DNA of 64,000 nucleotides from an uncultured delta proteobacterium (GCA_963815115.1 CAWFFN010000009.1:1472001-1536000); one strand, 5' to 3'. Numbered from the stretch's first letter, positions 30,294 through 39,413 are shown. Notes: generated by a model not told the origin, from the sequence alone. Translations and numbers: made by a program.

Positions 30294-31370
30294 ATGAGAG
30301 ATCATCGGAAGCTGTTCGTCGCCGCCACCTTCGCCGCCGCGATCGTGCTGCCGGCGGCGCGCCTGCTGCTGACCCGCGTCGTGACGGGCGTGGCCGGGCC
30401 CCGGGTCGCCTGGGCCGTCCTCGCGTGCGGCAACGGCACCATCGAGGCGGGAGAGGAGTGCGATCCGCCGGGCAGCGTCACCTGCCCGCCGGGATCACCC
30501 GCCATGGCCTTTCTCGCGTGCACGGGCAACTGTACCTGTCCGACGACGACCACGACGACGACCAGCACGACCACCACGACCCTCCCGCCGCTCGACCACT
30601 TCGAGTGCTACGAGATCAAGCCCGGGTTCTTCGTGAACCAGCAGGTGACGGTGCAGGACCAGTTCGGCACGATCAGCGAGCTGCTCCGGTTCCCTCACCG
30701 TCTCTGCAACCCGACCAACAAGAACAACGAGGGCGTCCACGACCTGGCGGATCACCTGGCTGGCTACGTGATGAAGGCGCCCAAGTTCACGAGGATCGCC
30801 AACCAGACCATCACGAACCAGTTCGGGACGACGCTGATCGACGTCGTGCGTCCCGATCTCTTGATGGTGCCGACCTCGAAGGACGGCGTGCCGATCAGTC
30901 CCCCGCCGGTTGACCACTTCCAGTGCTACAAGGTGAAGCGCTCGAAGGGCGCGCCGAAGTTCACCAAGCGGACGGTGAGCATCGCGAACCAGTTCGAGAC
31001 CATGACCGTGACCGTCGTGAAGCCGGTCAGGCTGTGCGCGCCCGCCAACAAGAACGGCGAGGATCCGACCGCGCCGAGCCACACGGAGCACCTCCTGTGC
31101 TACAAGACGAAGGGGGCGCCGTTCGGCCAGTCGATCCACACGATCGACAACCAGTTCGGCCACGACACCGTGAAGGTGATTCACCGCCGCGAGCTGTGCG
31201 TCCCGTCGCTCAAGAATCCGCCGACCACGACGACGACGACACACACCACCACCACCACCACGAGCTCGACGTCCACGACCTCGACCACCGCCAGCACCAC
31301 GACCACGACGACCATGTACGGCTCTCCCAGCCGGGCCTTCCTCGAGGAGGTTCCGTCGCTGCTCGAATGA
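30294..31370 (+). CDS. Secreted Cys/Thr-rich repeat protein
   Basis: N-terminal hydrophobic segment, CGNG..E.GEECD module, poly-Thr linkers, two tandem DHF.CY domains, C-terminal GSPSRAFLE. Confidence 0.8.
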   Translation: MRDHRKLFVAATFAAAIVLPAARLLLTRVVTGVAGPRVAWAVLACGNGTIEAGEECDPPGSVTCPPGSPAMAFLACTGNCTCPTTTTTTTSTTTTTLPPLDHFECYEIKPGFFVNQQVTVQDQFGTISELLRFPHRLCNPTNKNNEGVHDLADHLAGYVMKAPKFTRIANQTITNQFGTTLIDVVRPDLLMVPTSKDGVPISPPPVDHFQCYKVKRSKGAPKFTKRTVSIANQFETMTVTVVKPVRLCAPANKNGEDPTAPSHTEHLLCYKTKGAPFGQSIHTIDNQFGHDTVKVIHRRELCVPSLKNPPTTTTTTHTTTTTTSSTSTTSTTASTTTTTTMYGSPSRAFLEEVPSLLE

Positions 31371-31381
31371 GCTGACCGCCG

Positions 31382-31421
31382 GGCGCGCCCGGGGCCTCCC
31401 GAGGGGAGCCCCGGGCGCGCC
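31382..31421. terminator. GC-rich 14-bp hairpin after the secreted protein gene
   Basis: GGCGCGCCCGGGGC / GCCCCGGGCGCGCC. No clear U-tract. Confidence 0.45.
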
Positions 31422-31468
31422 GGGTCCGCGGTTGACACGCGCGGCGCCGGCCGGTGTAACCGCGGCCG

Positions 31469-31966
31469 ATGACCGAGGCGACGCGCTATCGCGTGGAGGT
31501 GTCTTCCGATCACCTTCGCTTCGCGGCGGCTCACTTCATTGCCTACCCGGGCTTCCGCGAGCCGCTGCACGGCCACAACTATCAGGTGTCGGTGCGCATC
31601 GAGGCTGCGCTCGGCCCGGACGGCTACGTGCTCGACTTCGGGCTCGTGAAGCGGCTCGCCGAAGGCCTGTGCAGGGAGCTGACGGAGCGCACCATCCTCC
31701 CCACCCGCAGCGACTGCCTCGAGGTGACGAAGCACGGCGAGAGCGTGCACGTGGTCACCGCCGACGGCGGGCGGTTCGAGTTCCCCGCCGCCGACTGCGT
31801 CCTGCTGCCGATCGTGCACAGCTCGGCCGAGGAGATCGCGGCCTACGTGCTCGGGCGATTGCGGCAGGCGCTCGCCGCCGAGGTGGCGGCGCGTGGCGTG
31901 CGCGCGATCGTGGTCGGGGTGGCCGAGGCGCCGGGACAGACGGCGTACTGCGAGGAGACGCTCTGA
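31469..31966 (+). CDS. 6-pyruvoyl-tetrahydropterin synthase family (PTPS-III-type ExxHGH motif)
   Basis: FAAAHF, EPLHGHNY, GYVLDF, SSAEEIA. Confidence 0.85.
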   Translation: MTEATRYRVEVSSDHLRFAAAHFIAYPGFREPLHGHNYQVSVRIEAALGPDGYVLDFGLVKRLAEGLCRELTERTILPTRSDCLEVTKHGESVHVVTADGGRFEFPAADCVLLPIVHSSAEEIAAYVLGRLRQALAAEVAARGVRAIVVGVAEAPGQTAYCEETL

Positions 31967-32241
31967 GACCGGCGCTCCTGCTGGCGCTGGTCGCTCTCGT
32001 CCTCGGCGCCGGCTGTGGCGGCTCGCTTCCCGAACCCGAGTCACCGGGAGCGCGGGTGCTCGCCGGCCGTTGTGGCGGCTGCCATCGCGTCTATGCGCCC
32101 GGGACCATGACCCTCGAGATGTGGAAGATGCAGATCGGACGCATGCAGACGCTCTTCGCCGAGCGCGGCATCCCCTGGCTCTCGCCCGGCGACGAGCGCG
32201 TGCTGCTCGACTACCTCGCTGCCCACGCCGGCACCTCGTGA
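31963..32241 (+). CDS. Small monoheme c-type cytochrome lipoprotein (probable CTG start)
   Basis: Lipobox GAGC, CGGCH heme motif, W..RM...LDYL. GAGGAG RBS precedes a CTGA overlap. Confidence 0.7.
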   Translation: MRPALLLALVALVLGAGCGGSLPEPESPGARVLAGRCGGCHRVYAPGTMTLEMWKMQIGRMQTLFAERGIPWLSPGDERVLLDYLAAHAGTS

Positions 32242-32291
32242 GACCGCCGCCCCTTGCGCCGCTCCGGCGCGGCGCGGGATAAGCGCCGGCG

Positions 32292-33980
32292 ATGGATCAC
32301 CCGTTCGCGCCCCTGCCTGCCATCGAGCCCGACAGCGAGGCGTGGTGGACCGCGTGTCGCGAGGGGCGGCTCGAGATGACGCGATGCCGCGCGTGTCGAT
32401 GGTTCGTGCATCCGGCCCGCCCGGTGTGCTCGCGCTGCCGCAGCCGGGACCTGGCGCCCGAGGCCCTCTCCGGGCTCGCGACCGTCGTCACCTACACGGT
32501 CAACCACCAGCGCTGGATGCCGGGGCTCGAGGTGCCGTACGTGATCGCGATCGTCGAGCTGGTCGAGCAGCGGAATCTCCGCTTGACGACCAACATCGTC
32601 GGCTGCCCGCCCGACGCCGTCCGCATCGGCATGCCGGTGAAGGTGACGTTTCACGAGGCGAGCGACGAGATCGCGCTGCCGCTCTTCGAGCCCGACGCTG
32701 CGCCGCGCCCGGACGTCTCGGCGCTGCGCACGACGCCCGACACGCCGCCCAAGGCCACCGACACGGCCGAGGTCCTGGCGCGGCCGGTACGACGTGTGGC
32801 GCCGGAGGAGCGGCTCGAGCGCCGGGCGATCCTCTCCGGCGTGGGACAGTCGGCGATCGGGCGCCGGCTCTTCCGCACCGACATGGACCTGACCGCCGAG
32901 GCCGCGCTGCGCGCCATCGCCGATGCCGGGCTCACGCCGGACGACATCGACGGCATCGCGTCGTATCCCGGCGCGATGGGTGCGGCGCCGGCAGGGTTTG
33001 CCGGGCCCGGCATCGTCGAGGTGCAGGATGCCCTCGGGCTCTCGGTGGACTGGCATCTCGCGGGTGTGGAGGTGCCAGGGCAGATCGGCCCGGTGATCGC
33101 CGCCACGATGGCGGTGGCCGCGGGTCTCGCGCGTCACGTGCTGGTCTACCGCACCGTGAGCGAGGCGACGGCGGCCGCGAACACGGGAAGGCTCGGGATC
33201 GGCGCCGGCTCGCGCTCGATCGGTGGCTTCGGCGCGTACCTGATCCCGTACGGCGCCATGTCGGCGGCCAACTGGCTCGCCTGCCATGCGCGGCGCCACA
33301 TGCACGAGTACGGCACGACGCGCGAGCACCTGGCGGCCGTCGCGCTCGCCGGACGCCGGCACGCGGCCTTCAACCCGGCGGCGATCTACCGCGAGCCCAT
33401 GACCCTGGACGACTATCTGAGCGCGCGCATGGTGAGCCATCCCTTCGGGCTCTACGACTGCGATGCGCCCTGCGACGGCTCGACGGCCGTCATCGTGTCG
33501 CATGGCGACGTCGCGCGCGACCTGCCGCACGCCGCGGCGCGGGTGAACGCCGTCGGCACCGCCATGCGATCGCGCCCGAGCTGGGATCAGTGGGAGGATC
33601 TCACCACCATGGCGTCGCGGGACGCGGGCGCGCAGCTCTGGTCGCGCACCGACCTGACACCGTCCGACGTCGACACGGCACAGCTCTACGACGGCTTCAG
33701 CTTCCTGGCGCTCGCGTGGCTGGAAGCGCTCGGCTTCTGCGGCAAGGGCGAGAGCGGTCCCTTCGTCGAGGGAGGTCGTATCGAGCTCGGCGGCGCGCTG
33801 CCGACGAACACCTGGGGCGGCCAGCTCTCCGGTGGCCGGCTGCACGGATTCGGCTTCCTCGCCGAGGCCATCCGCCAGCTGCGGCACGAATGCGGCGAGC
33901 GCCAGGTGCCGGACTGCGAGGTGGCGGTGGTCGCGAACGGAGGCGGCCCGGTGGCGGGCTGCATGCTGCTCACGCGCTGA
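32292..33980 (+). CDS. DUF35 (Zn-ribbon/OB-fold) fused to SCP2-type thiolase-like domain
   Basis: CRAC...CSRC and OB-fold (PYVIAIVEL), then thiolase-like GVGQS, LYDC...DG, QLYDGF, NTWGGQLS. Confidence 0.85.
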   Translation: MDHPFAPLPAIEPDSEAWWTACREGRLEMTRCRACRWFVHPARPVCSRCRSRDLAPEALSGLATVVTYTVNHQRWMPGLEVPYVIAIVELVEQRNLRLTTNIVGCPPDAVRIGMPVKVTFHEASDEIALPLFEPDAAPRPDVSALRTTPDTPPKATDTAEVLARPVRRVAPEERLERRAILSGVGQSAIGRRLFRTDMDLTAEAALRAIADAGLTPDDIDGIASYPGAMGAAPAGFAGPGIVEVQDALGLSVDWHLAGVEVPGQIGPVIAATMAVAAGLARHVLVYRTVSEATAAANTGRLGIGAGSRSIGGFGAYLIPYGAMSAANWLACHARRHMHEYGTTREHLAAVALAGRRHAAFNPAAIYREPMTLDDYLSARMVSHPFGLYDCDAPCDGSTAVIVSHGDVARDLPHAAARVNAVGTAMRSRPSWDQWEDLTTMASRDAGAQLWSRTDLTPSDVDTAQLYDGFSFLALAWLEALGFCGKGESGPFVEGGRIELGGALPTNTWGGQLSGGRLHGFGFLAEAIRQLRHECGERQVPDCEVAVVANGGGPVAGCMLLTR

Positions 33981-34009
33981 CCTTGCGGCGCACGGACCGT
34001 TCGACCACC

Positions 34010-35392
34010 ATGCCCGCCATGCGCGCGCGCCGGAAGGCAGACCGTCTCGACAGCCTCGACCGGGCGCATCTGATCCACGGCTTCGGCTCGCCCGCGGTCG
34101 CGGAGGCCGAGGGCACGCTGCGGCTGGTGCGCGGCCGCGGCGTGTACGTGTGGGACAGCGAGGGCCGGCGCTACCTGGACGGGCTGTCGTCGCTCTGGAA
34201 CGTGGCGGTCGGCCACGGCCGGGGCGAGATCGCGCGCGCCGTCGCCGCGCAGATCCGCGCGCTCGAGTACGCGCCCACGCTCCTCGGCTTCTCGACCGAG
34301 CCGGCCATCCGCCTCGCCGCTCGCATCGCGCGCCTCGCTCCGAAGGGCCTGCGCCACGTGATGTTCACCTCGGGCGGCTCCGAGTCCAACGAGAGCGTGA
34401 TCCGCCTGGTGCGGCTCTACTGGCGGCTGCGCGGCCGGCCCGACAAGATCGGCATCGTGGCGCTGCGGGGCGCCTACCACGGCACCTCGAGCGGGGCCGC
34501 GAGCCTGACCGGGCTCGCGACGTTCCACGGACCCTACGGGCCGCAGCTCCCGGAGGTGTCGCGCATGCCGCGTCCCTACTGCTACCGCTGCGAGCTGGGG
34601 AAGACGCACCCGTCATGCGGGCTCGCCTGCGCCGACGAGCTGGAGGCGGTGGTGGCGCGCGAGGGCGCGGACCGCGTCGGTGCCGTCATCGCCGAGCCGG
34701 TGCAGGGGGTGGGCGGCGTGGTCGTCCCGCCGCCCGGGTGGTTCGAGCGCGTGCGTGCCATCTGCGATCGCCACGACCTGCTGCTGGCCGTCGACGAGGT
34801 GATCACGGGCTTCGGCCGGCTCGGCACCGCGTTCGGCATCCAGCGCTCCGGCGTCACGCCGGATCTGATGACGTTCGCCAAGGCCGTGACCAGCGGCTAC
34901 CAGCCGCTCGGCGGCGTCATCCTGCACGAGCGCGTGTATCGCGCGCTGGTCGAGGCGGGCCCCGAGTTCACCCTCCACCACGGCTACACCTACTCGGGCC
35001 ATCCGGTCGCCTGTGCCGCGGGTCTGGCCAACCTCGACATCATCGAGCGCGAGGACCTGATCCGGGGCACGCGCCGCAAGGCACCGTACTTCAAGCGGCG
35101 GATGGAGAGCCTGGCCGCGCTGCCGATCGTCGGCGAGGTGCGCGCCGCCGGGCTCATGGCTGCGGTCGAGCTGGTGCGGGACAAGGAGGCGCGCGAGCCC
35201 TTCCCCCCGGAGGTCAAGGCGGCGTGGCGGGTCCGCCAGGCTGCGCTGCGCCGCGGCGTCATCCTGCGCCCCGGCGCCGATCTGATCGTGGTCTGCCCGC
35301 CGCTGATCGTGACGCGCGAGCAGATCGACGTCATCGTCCGCGTGCTGGGCGAGGCGATCGCGGAGGTGGCCGCCGAGCTGGCCGGGCAATGA
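34010..35392 (+). CDS. Class III PLP aminotransferase (omega-amine type)
   Basis: YLDGLSSLWN, SGGSES, AYHG, EPVQGVGG, DEVITGFGR, TFAKAVTSGY, GYTYSGHP. Confidence 0.92.
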   Translation: MPAMRARRKADRLDSLDRAHLIHGFGSPAVAEAEGTLRLVRGRGVYVWDSEGRRYLDGLSSLWNVAVGHGRGEIARAVAAQIRALEYAPTLLGFSTEPAIRLAARIARLAPKGLRHVMFTSGGSESNESVIRLVRLYWRLRGRPDKIGIVALRGAYHGTSSGAASLTGLATFHGPYGPQLPEVSRMPRPYCYRCELGKTHPSCGLACADELEAVVAREGADRVGAVIAEPVQGVGGVVVPPPGWFERVRAICDRHDLLLAVDEVITGFGRLGTAFGIQRSGVTPDLMTFAKAVTSGYQPLGGVILHERVYRALVEAGPEFTLHHGYTYSGHPVACAAGLANLDIIEREDLIRGTRRKAPYFKRRMESLAALPIVGEVRAAGLMAAVELVRDKEAREPFPPEVKAAWRVRQAALRRGVILRPGADLIVVCPPLIVTREQIDVIVRVLGEAIAEVAAELAGQ

Positions 35393-36399
35393 CCAGGAAG
35401 AAGGAGCACACGGACCACGCCGGCCACCGCCTGATCGTCGAGCCGGACGACGGCGTCGAGCCGGTGCTCGGTCTCATCGCCTCGGCGCGGCGCTCGCTCC
35501 GGACGGTCCAGTTCACGCTCGACGACCCGCGCTTCGTGGCGGCGGTGGTCGACGCCCACCGGCGCAAGGTGGCGGTGCACGTGCTCCTCAATCCACAGAA
35601 ATCGTCCGGCGAGCGCGCCAACGACGGCACCTACCGCCACCTCGAGCATGCCGGCGTGGCGGTCGAGTGGACGCACCCGCGCTTCCCGGTGACGCACCAG
35701 AAGGCGATCGTGATCGACGACGAGCGCGCGCTGATCGCCACGTTCAACCTGAGCGCCAAGTACTTCGGCGAGACCCGCGACCACGGCCTGGTGACCGACG
35801 AGCCGGCGCAGGTGCAGGCGATCGTCCAGGCCTTCGAGGCGGACTGGCGGCGAAAGCCGTTCCACCCCGACGACGACAGCGGGCTCGTATGGAGCCCGGA
35901 CAACTCGCGGCGCCTGATCGCGACCTTCATCGACGAGGCTCGCCACACGCTCGACGTGCAGCACCCCAAGTTCGTGGATGCCACCGTCATCGACCGCCTG
36001 TCGGCGGCCCAGCGCCGCGGCGTGCGCGTCCGCGTTCTCTGTGGCGGGAAGCACGGCCTGAGCCCGTGGGACATGCACGACACCTTCGCCTCGCTGCGCA
36101 TTCTCGGACGCGGCGACGTGAAGGTGCGCCGCCAGAAGCATCTGAAGGTCCACGCGAAGCTCCTCGTCGTCGACGGTGAGCGCGCGCTGATGGGATCCAT
36201 GAACCTGGATCGCAGCGCCTTCGACCTGCGGCGGGAGCTGGGCGCGGTGGTGCAGGCGCCCGCGATCGTCGAGCGGCTGCAAGAGCTCTTCGACCACGAC
36301 TGGCACAAGGCGGAGCACTGGGAGGCGCCCGACCCGCTCGCCTTCGACACGCACGAGATCGGGGAGCTGCCGCACGATCCGCACTTCGCCCATGAATGA
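35389..36399 (+). CDS. Phospholipase D superfamily protein (two HKD motifs)
   Basis: HQKAIVID and HAKLLVVD...GSMN. Confidence 0.88.
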   Translation: MTRKKEHTDHAGHRLIVEPDDGVEPVLGLIASARRSLRTVQFTLDDPRFVAAVVDAHRRKVAVHVLLNPQKSSGERANDGTYRHLEHAGVAVEWTHPRFPVTHQKAIVIDDERALIATFNLSAKYFGETRDHGLVTDEPAQVQAIVQAFEADWRRKPFHPDDDSGLVWSPDNSRRLIATFIDEARHTLDVQHPKFVDATVIDRLSAAQRRGVRVRVLCGGKHGLSPWDMHDTFASLRILGRGDVKVRRQKHLKVHAKLLVVDGERALMGSMNLDRSAFDLRRELGAVVQAPAIVERLQELFDHDWHKAEHWEAPDPLAFDTHEIGELPHDPHFAHE

Positions 36400-36958
36400 C
36401 CAGGCGCCGCACCCGACCCCGGGTGCGCTCGCGCTCGCGTTCCTCACCGTCGCCCTGGCCAGCTTCGGCGGCGGCCTCTCCGCGTGGGCCCAGCGCGTCC
36501 TCGTCGAGCGAAGGCGGTGGCTCGATGACGACGAGTTCCTGAGCGCGCTCACCCTGTGCCGGCTCATGCCCGGCCCCAACCAGGTGAACATGGCGGTGTA
36601 CGTGGGCGCGCGACTCGCGGGTTTGCCCGGCGTGCTCGGCGCGGTCGGCGGTCTCGTCGTCGTCCCCACCGCGATCCTGCTGGGACTCGGGGCCGCCTAC
36701 TTCCGCTACCGGCACCTTCCGGCGCTGGACGCCGCGCTGCGCGGGGCGGTGGGGGCGGCGGCCGCCATGACGCTGGCCATGGGACTGAAGGTGGGTGCTC
36801 CGCTGCTACGGGACCACGGCGGGCTCGTGCTGGCAGTGGCGGCGTTCGTCGCGGTGCACGTGCTCGGCCTGCCGCTCGTCGCGGTCGTGGCGGTGCTGGG
36901 ACCCCTCGGGGTGATCTGGGCGTGGCCCCGGGGGAGCGCCGACGGAGAGACGGCGTGA
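36392..36958 (+). CDS. Chromate transporter (short-chain CHR, N-half)
   Basis: SFGGG, WLDDDEF, MPGPN. Confidence 0.88.
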   Translation: MNDQAPHPTPGALALAFLTVALASFGGGLSAWAQRVLVERRRWLDDDEFLSALTLCRLMPGPNQVNMAVYVGARLAGLPGVLGAVGGLVVVPTAILLGLGAAYFRYRHLPALDAALRGAVGAAAAMTLAMGLKVGAPLLRDHGGLVLAVAAFVAVHVLGLPLVAVVAVLGPLGVIWAWPRGSADGETA

Positions 36959-37482
36959 GCGACGGGCCGCTCGCCCGCCTCGCGGTGCTCTTCGGATCGC
37001 TCTCGCTGGTCTCCTTCGGTGGCGGCAACACCGTCATCCCCGCGATGCATCGGGAGGCCGTCAGCAGCCAGCACTGGCTGACCGACCGGCAGTTCGCCGA
37101 CCTGTTCGCGCTGGCCCAGGCGGCGCCCGGCCCGAGCTCGCTCATCGTCAGCCTGATCGGCTTCGCGGCCGCGGGAATCACGGGGGCCGTCGTGGCGACC
37201 GTCGCCATGCTGGGCCCGAGCTGCGCGCTGATGTACGCGGCGTACCGCGCGTGGGCCCGGCTGCGCGGCACGAAGTGGCAGGTCGCCATCCAGCGCGGGC
37301 TCGCGCCGGTCACGGTCGGCCTCGTCTTCGCCAGCGCGCTCACCATCACGCGCGCCGCGGACCACGGGCCGGCAGGCTATCTGCTCACGGCCGTGGCGAC
37401 GCTCCTCCTGGTGCGCACGAGCGTGAACCCGCTGATCGTCATGGCGGCGGCCGCCGCCCTGGGCGTGCTCGGCGTCGTGTGA
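36955..37482 (+). CDS. Chromate transporter (short-chain CHR, C-half)
   Basis: SFGGGN, WLTDRQF, AQAAPGP. GTGA overlap. Confidence 0.88.
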   Translation: MSDGPLARLAVLFGSLSLVSFGGGNTVIPAMHREAVSSQHWLTDRQFADLFALAQAAPGPSSLIVSLIGFAAAGITGAVVATVAMLGPSCALMYAAYRAWARLRGTKWQVAIQRGLAPVTVGLVFASALTITRAADHGPAGYLLTAVATLLLVRTSVNPLIVMAAAAALGVLGVV

Positions 37483-38034
37483 CGCGGGCTGCTGGCCGAC
37501 CTCCATCGCGCGCCCTGGGTCCGGCGCCACCGCACTGCACCACGGCACAATGCTGCAGCCGGAACGCACGCCTCGCACGCGGGCCGGGCGGGGGTGCTGG
37601 CGTGCAAAGTGCGGGCTGAGACCGTTGCAGGATGCGTGGCGCGGGGCCGCTGAGAACAGAAAGACCATGGATCGGCGCCTTCTGAGCACTGGCACGGAGC
37701 CTGCTCGACGTGGACGTGCTGCCGATCGTCGGCATGTTCCGGGGCTCGGTCGCGTCCACCCGCGCGTGTCTGGGGACGGTTAGGGTGGTGAGGCATGGGG
37801 TCTCGGGCAGGGACGGTGGGTGGCTTCGACGTCCGCGGGCGTTCGGCTCTGCCGCTTGAATGCGCGAAGCCGGCGCCCGCGGGCGCGAGGACGCCGGTCG
37901 AGGAGGTCGTCGAACGGCCGGTGAAGGTCGCCCACCTGCGTCAGCGCGCAGCCACCAGGTCTGAGGACCGTCATGGTTGCGAGCGGTGGCCGCGACGAGG
38001 GTGGTCTAGTCACGCCCCACGGCGCGCCGGAACG

Positions 38035-38241
38035 TCAGCGGGCCGCGGTGATCAGCCGCGTGCCGCAGTAGACGCAGAAGGTGCGGCCCTGGCGCCGTGC
38101 CACGGCGTGCTTGGCGTCGTCGCAGGAGGTGGCCGGCAACCCGGCGTTCACCACCCCGCCGCACTCCGGACAGTGGCTCACCGGCGCATCCCGCCGCCGG
38201 TGGTTCATGTTCTCGCAGCCGGGGCTCGAGCGCTGTATCAC
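38035..38241 (-). CDS. Small zinc-finger-like protein
   Basis: GTGA overlap with the upstream gene and GGAGG RBS. C..NH, CPECG, C...H, CVYCG. Confidence 0.6.
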   Translation of the reverse strand: MIQRSSPGCENMNHRRRDAPVSHCPECGGVVNAGLPATSCDDAKHAVARRQGRTFCVYCGTRLITAAR

Positions 38242-38543
38242 GCTGCCTCCACTTCTCCCCGCGCGATCCGTCTGCGCAGGGAGTCCGCGTCCACCCCGAT
38301 CGTCTCGCACAGGTTCTCGAAGCTATAGGGCCAGCTGCGGTCGTTGCTCGCCACGTAGGCGAGGGCCAGCTCGTAGGCGCGCTGGTTCCGCGCCCGTGCG
38401 CGGCCATCGACACTCTCGGCCGCACCGGCGCGGCAGTCGTACATGACCGTCTGGAGCACGGCGAGCGCCAGGCGCTTCTCGGGTTCGGCGAGGCGGGCCC
38501 CGGCGTGCCGGAGGTACTGCTCTGGCAGCATGACGTGAATCAT
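38238..38543 (-). CDS. Hypothetical protein, paralogue of 19973..20413
   Basis: EKRLALAVL...ASNDRSWPYSFENLCETIGVDADSLR. Confidence 0.7.
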   Translation of the reverse strand: MIHVMLPEQYLRHAGARLAEPEKRLALAVLQTVMYDCRAGAAESVDGRARARNQRAYELALAYVASNDRSWPYSFENLCETIGVDADSLRRRIARGEVEAA

Positions 38544-38547
38544 GGGC

Positions 38548-38910
38548 TCAGCGCCGGCCGCGGCCGCCGCTCCTCCTGAAGCTACCGTGGTTCCTCACGC
38601 CCGGATCGGCCAGCGGAGCGATGTCCGCCCGTGGTCGTGACGGTGGAGGGCGAAAGAGCATCCGGTCGCGCGCGCTCTTGATGCGCAACCGCAGCGCGTC
38701 GCGCGCCGTCAGATCAGCCGCGGCCTCCTGGAGCAGGGCATAGGGGATGTCCAGGCGGCTGCTCTTGCCACGCTCCTGGAGCGTGACGCCGATGTTGAGG
38801 CTCTCGGGGCGGCCCCGCTTCTCGAACTCGGCCTCGAGGCGGGTCGAGATGCGTCCCGAGAGTTCGGCGAGTAGGCGGCGCTGCTCTACCGTGGCGGTGT
38901 CGAGGTGCAC
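38548..38910 (-). CDS. Hypothetical basic protein with RG-rich tail
   Basis: Fills the operon gap exactly. C-terminus SFRRSGGRGRR. Confidence 0.55.
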   Translation of the reverse strand: MHLDTATVEQRRLLAELSGRISTRLEAEFEKRGRPESLNIGVTLQERGKSSRLDIPYALLQEAAADLTARDALRLRIKSARDRMLFRPPPSRPRADIAPLADPGVRNHGSFRRSGGRGRR

Positions 38911-38919
38911 GCGCCGCCG

Positions 38920-39219
38920 TCAGTAGGGGCGGCGTCCGGAGAAATTGCGCCCGCCCCCACCCCCACGGTCGGAGCGCTCTTTGGCCTCGCTCACGTTGAG
39001 CTGCCGCCCCTGGACGTCCCGGCCGTTCAGGGCCGCGATCGCCTTCTGGGCCTCGTCGTTCGATGCCATCTCGACGAAGCCGAAGCCGCGCGAGCGCCCG
39101 CTGTCGCGGTCGGTGATGACCGAAGCAGACTCGCAGGTCCCGACCTCGGTGAACAGGGCCTCCAGATCCGCGCTCGTCGTCTGAAAGGACAGGTTGCCTA
39201 CAAACAGCTTCTTACCCAT
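38920..39219 (-). CDS. RRM RNA-binding protein with Gly/Arg tail
   Basis: RNP2 LFVGNL, RNP1 RGFGFVEM. AAGGAG RBS. Confidence 0.95.
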   Translation of the reverse strand: MGKKLFVGNLSFQTTSADLEALFTEVGTCESASVITDRDSGRSRGFGFVEMASNDEAQKAIAALNGRDVQGRQLNVSEAKERSDRGGGGGRNFSGRRPY

Positions 39220-39338
39220 GGTCTCGCTCCTTGTCCCCCTCCTGAGGGGGCGTATCGATCTCGCCACAATTGTAAGAGCGAGAGGCCGACGCCGAGGACG
39301 ACGCAGCGGAGTCGCGCACCGACAAAGGGACTGTGACC

Positions 39339-39367
39339 TTCATATGTCGAATCGCCTCCGGGCGCCA
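39339..39367 (-). promoter_or_regulatory. Putative sigma-70 promoter TGGCGC-17-TATGAA for the RRM gene
   Basis: Spacing is 17 nt and the sequence resembles the candidate promoter at 40247-40275. Confidence 0.3.
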
Positions 39368-39413
39368 GTGCGGCTCCGGGCGGCTTCTGCGGAGCGAGGG
39401 CCAGGTCGCATCG

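Noticed and set aside
30542-31313. ACC/ACG tandem tracts as CRISPR or VNTR
   Set aside because: They encode poly-Thr linkers and there is no repeat-spacer structure or cas gene.
37483-38030. Cys-containing ORFs at the left end of the RRM island
   Set aside because: Several overlapping candidate frames exist and none has convincing start signals or motifs.
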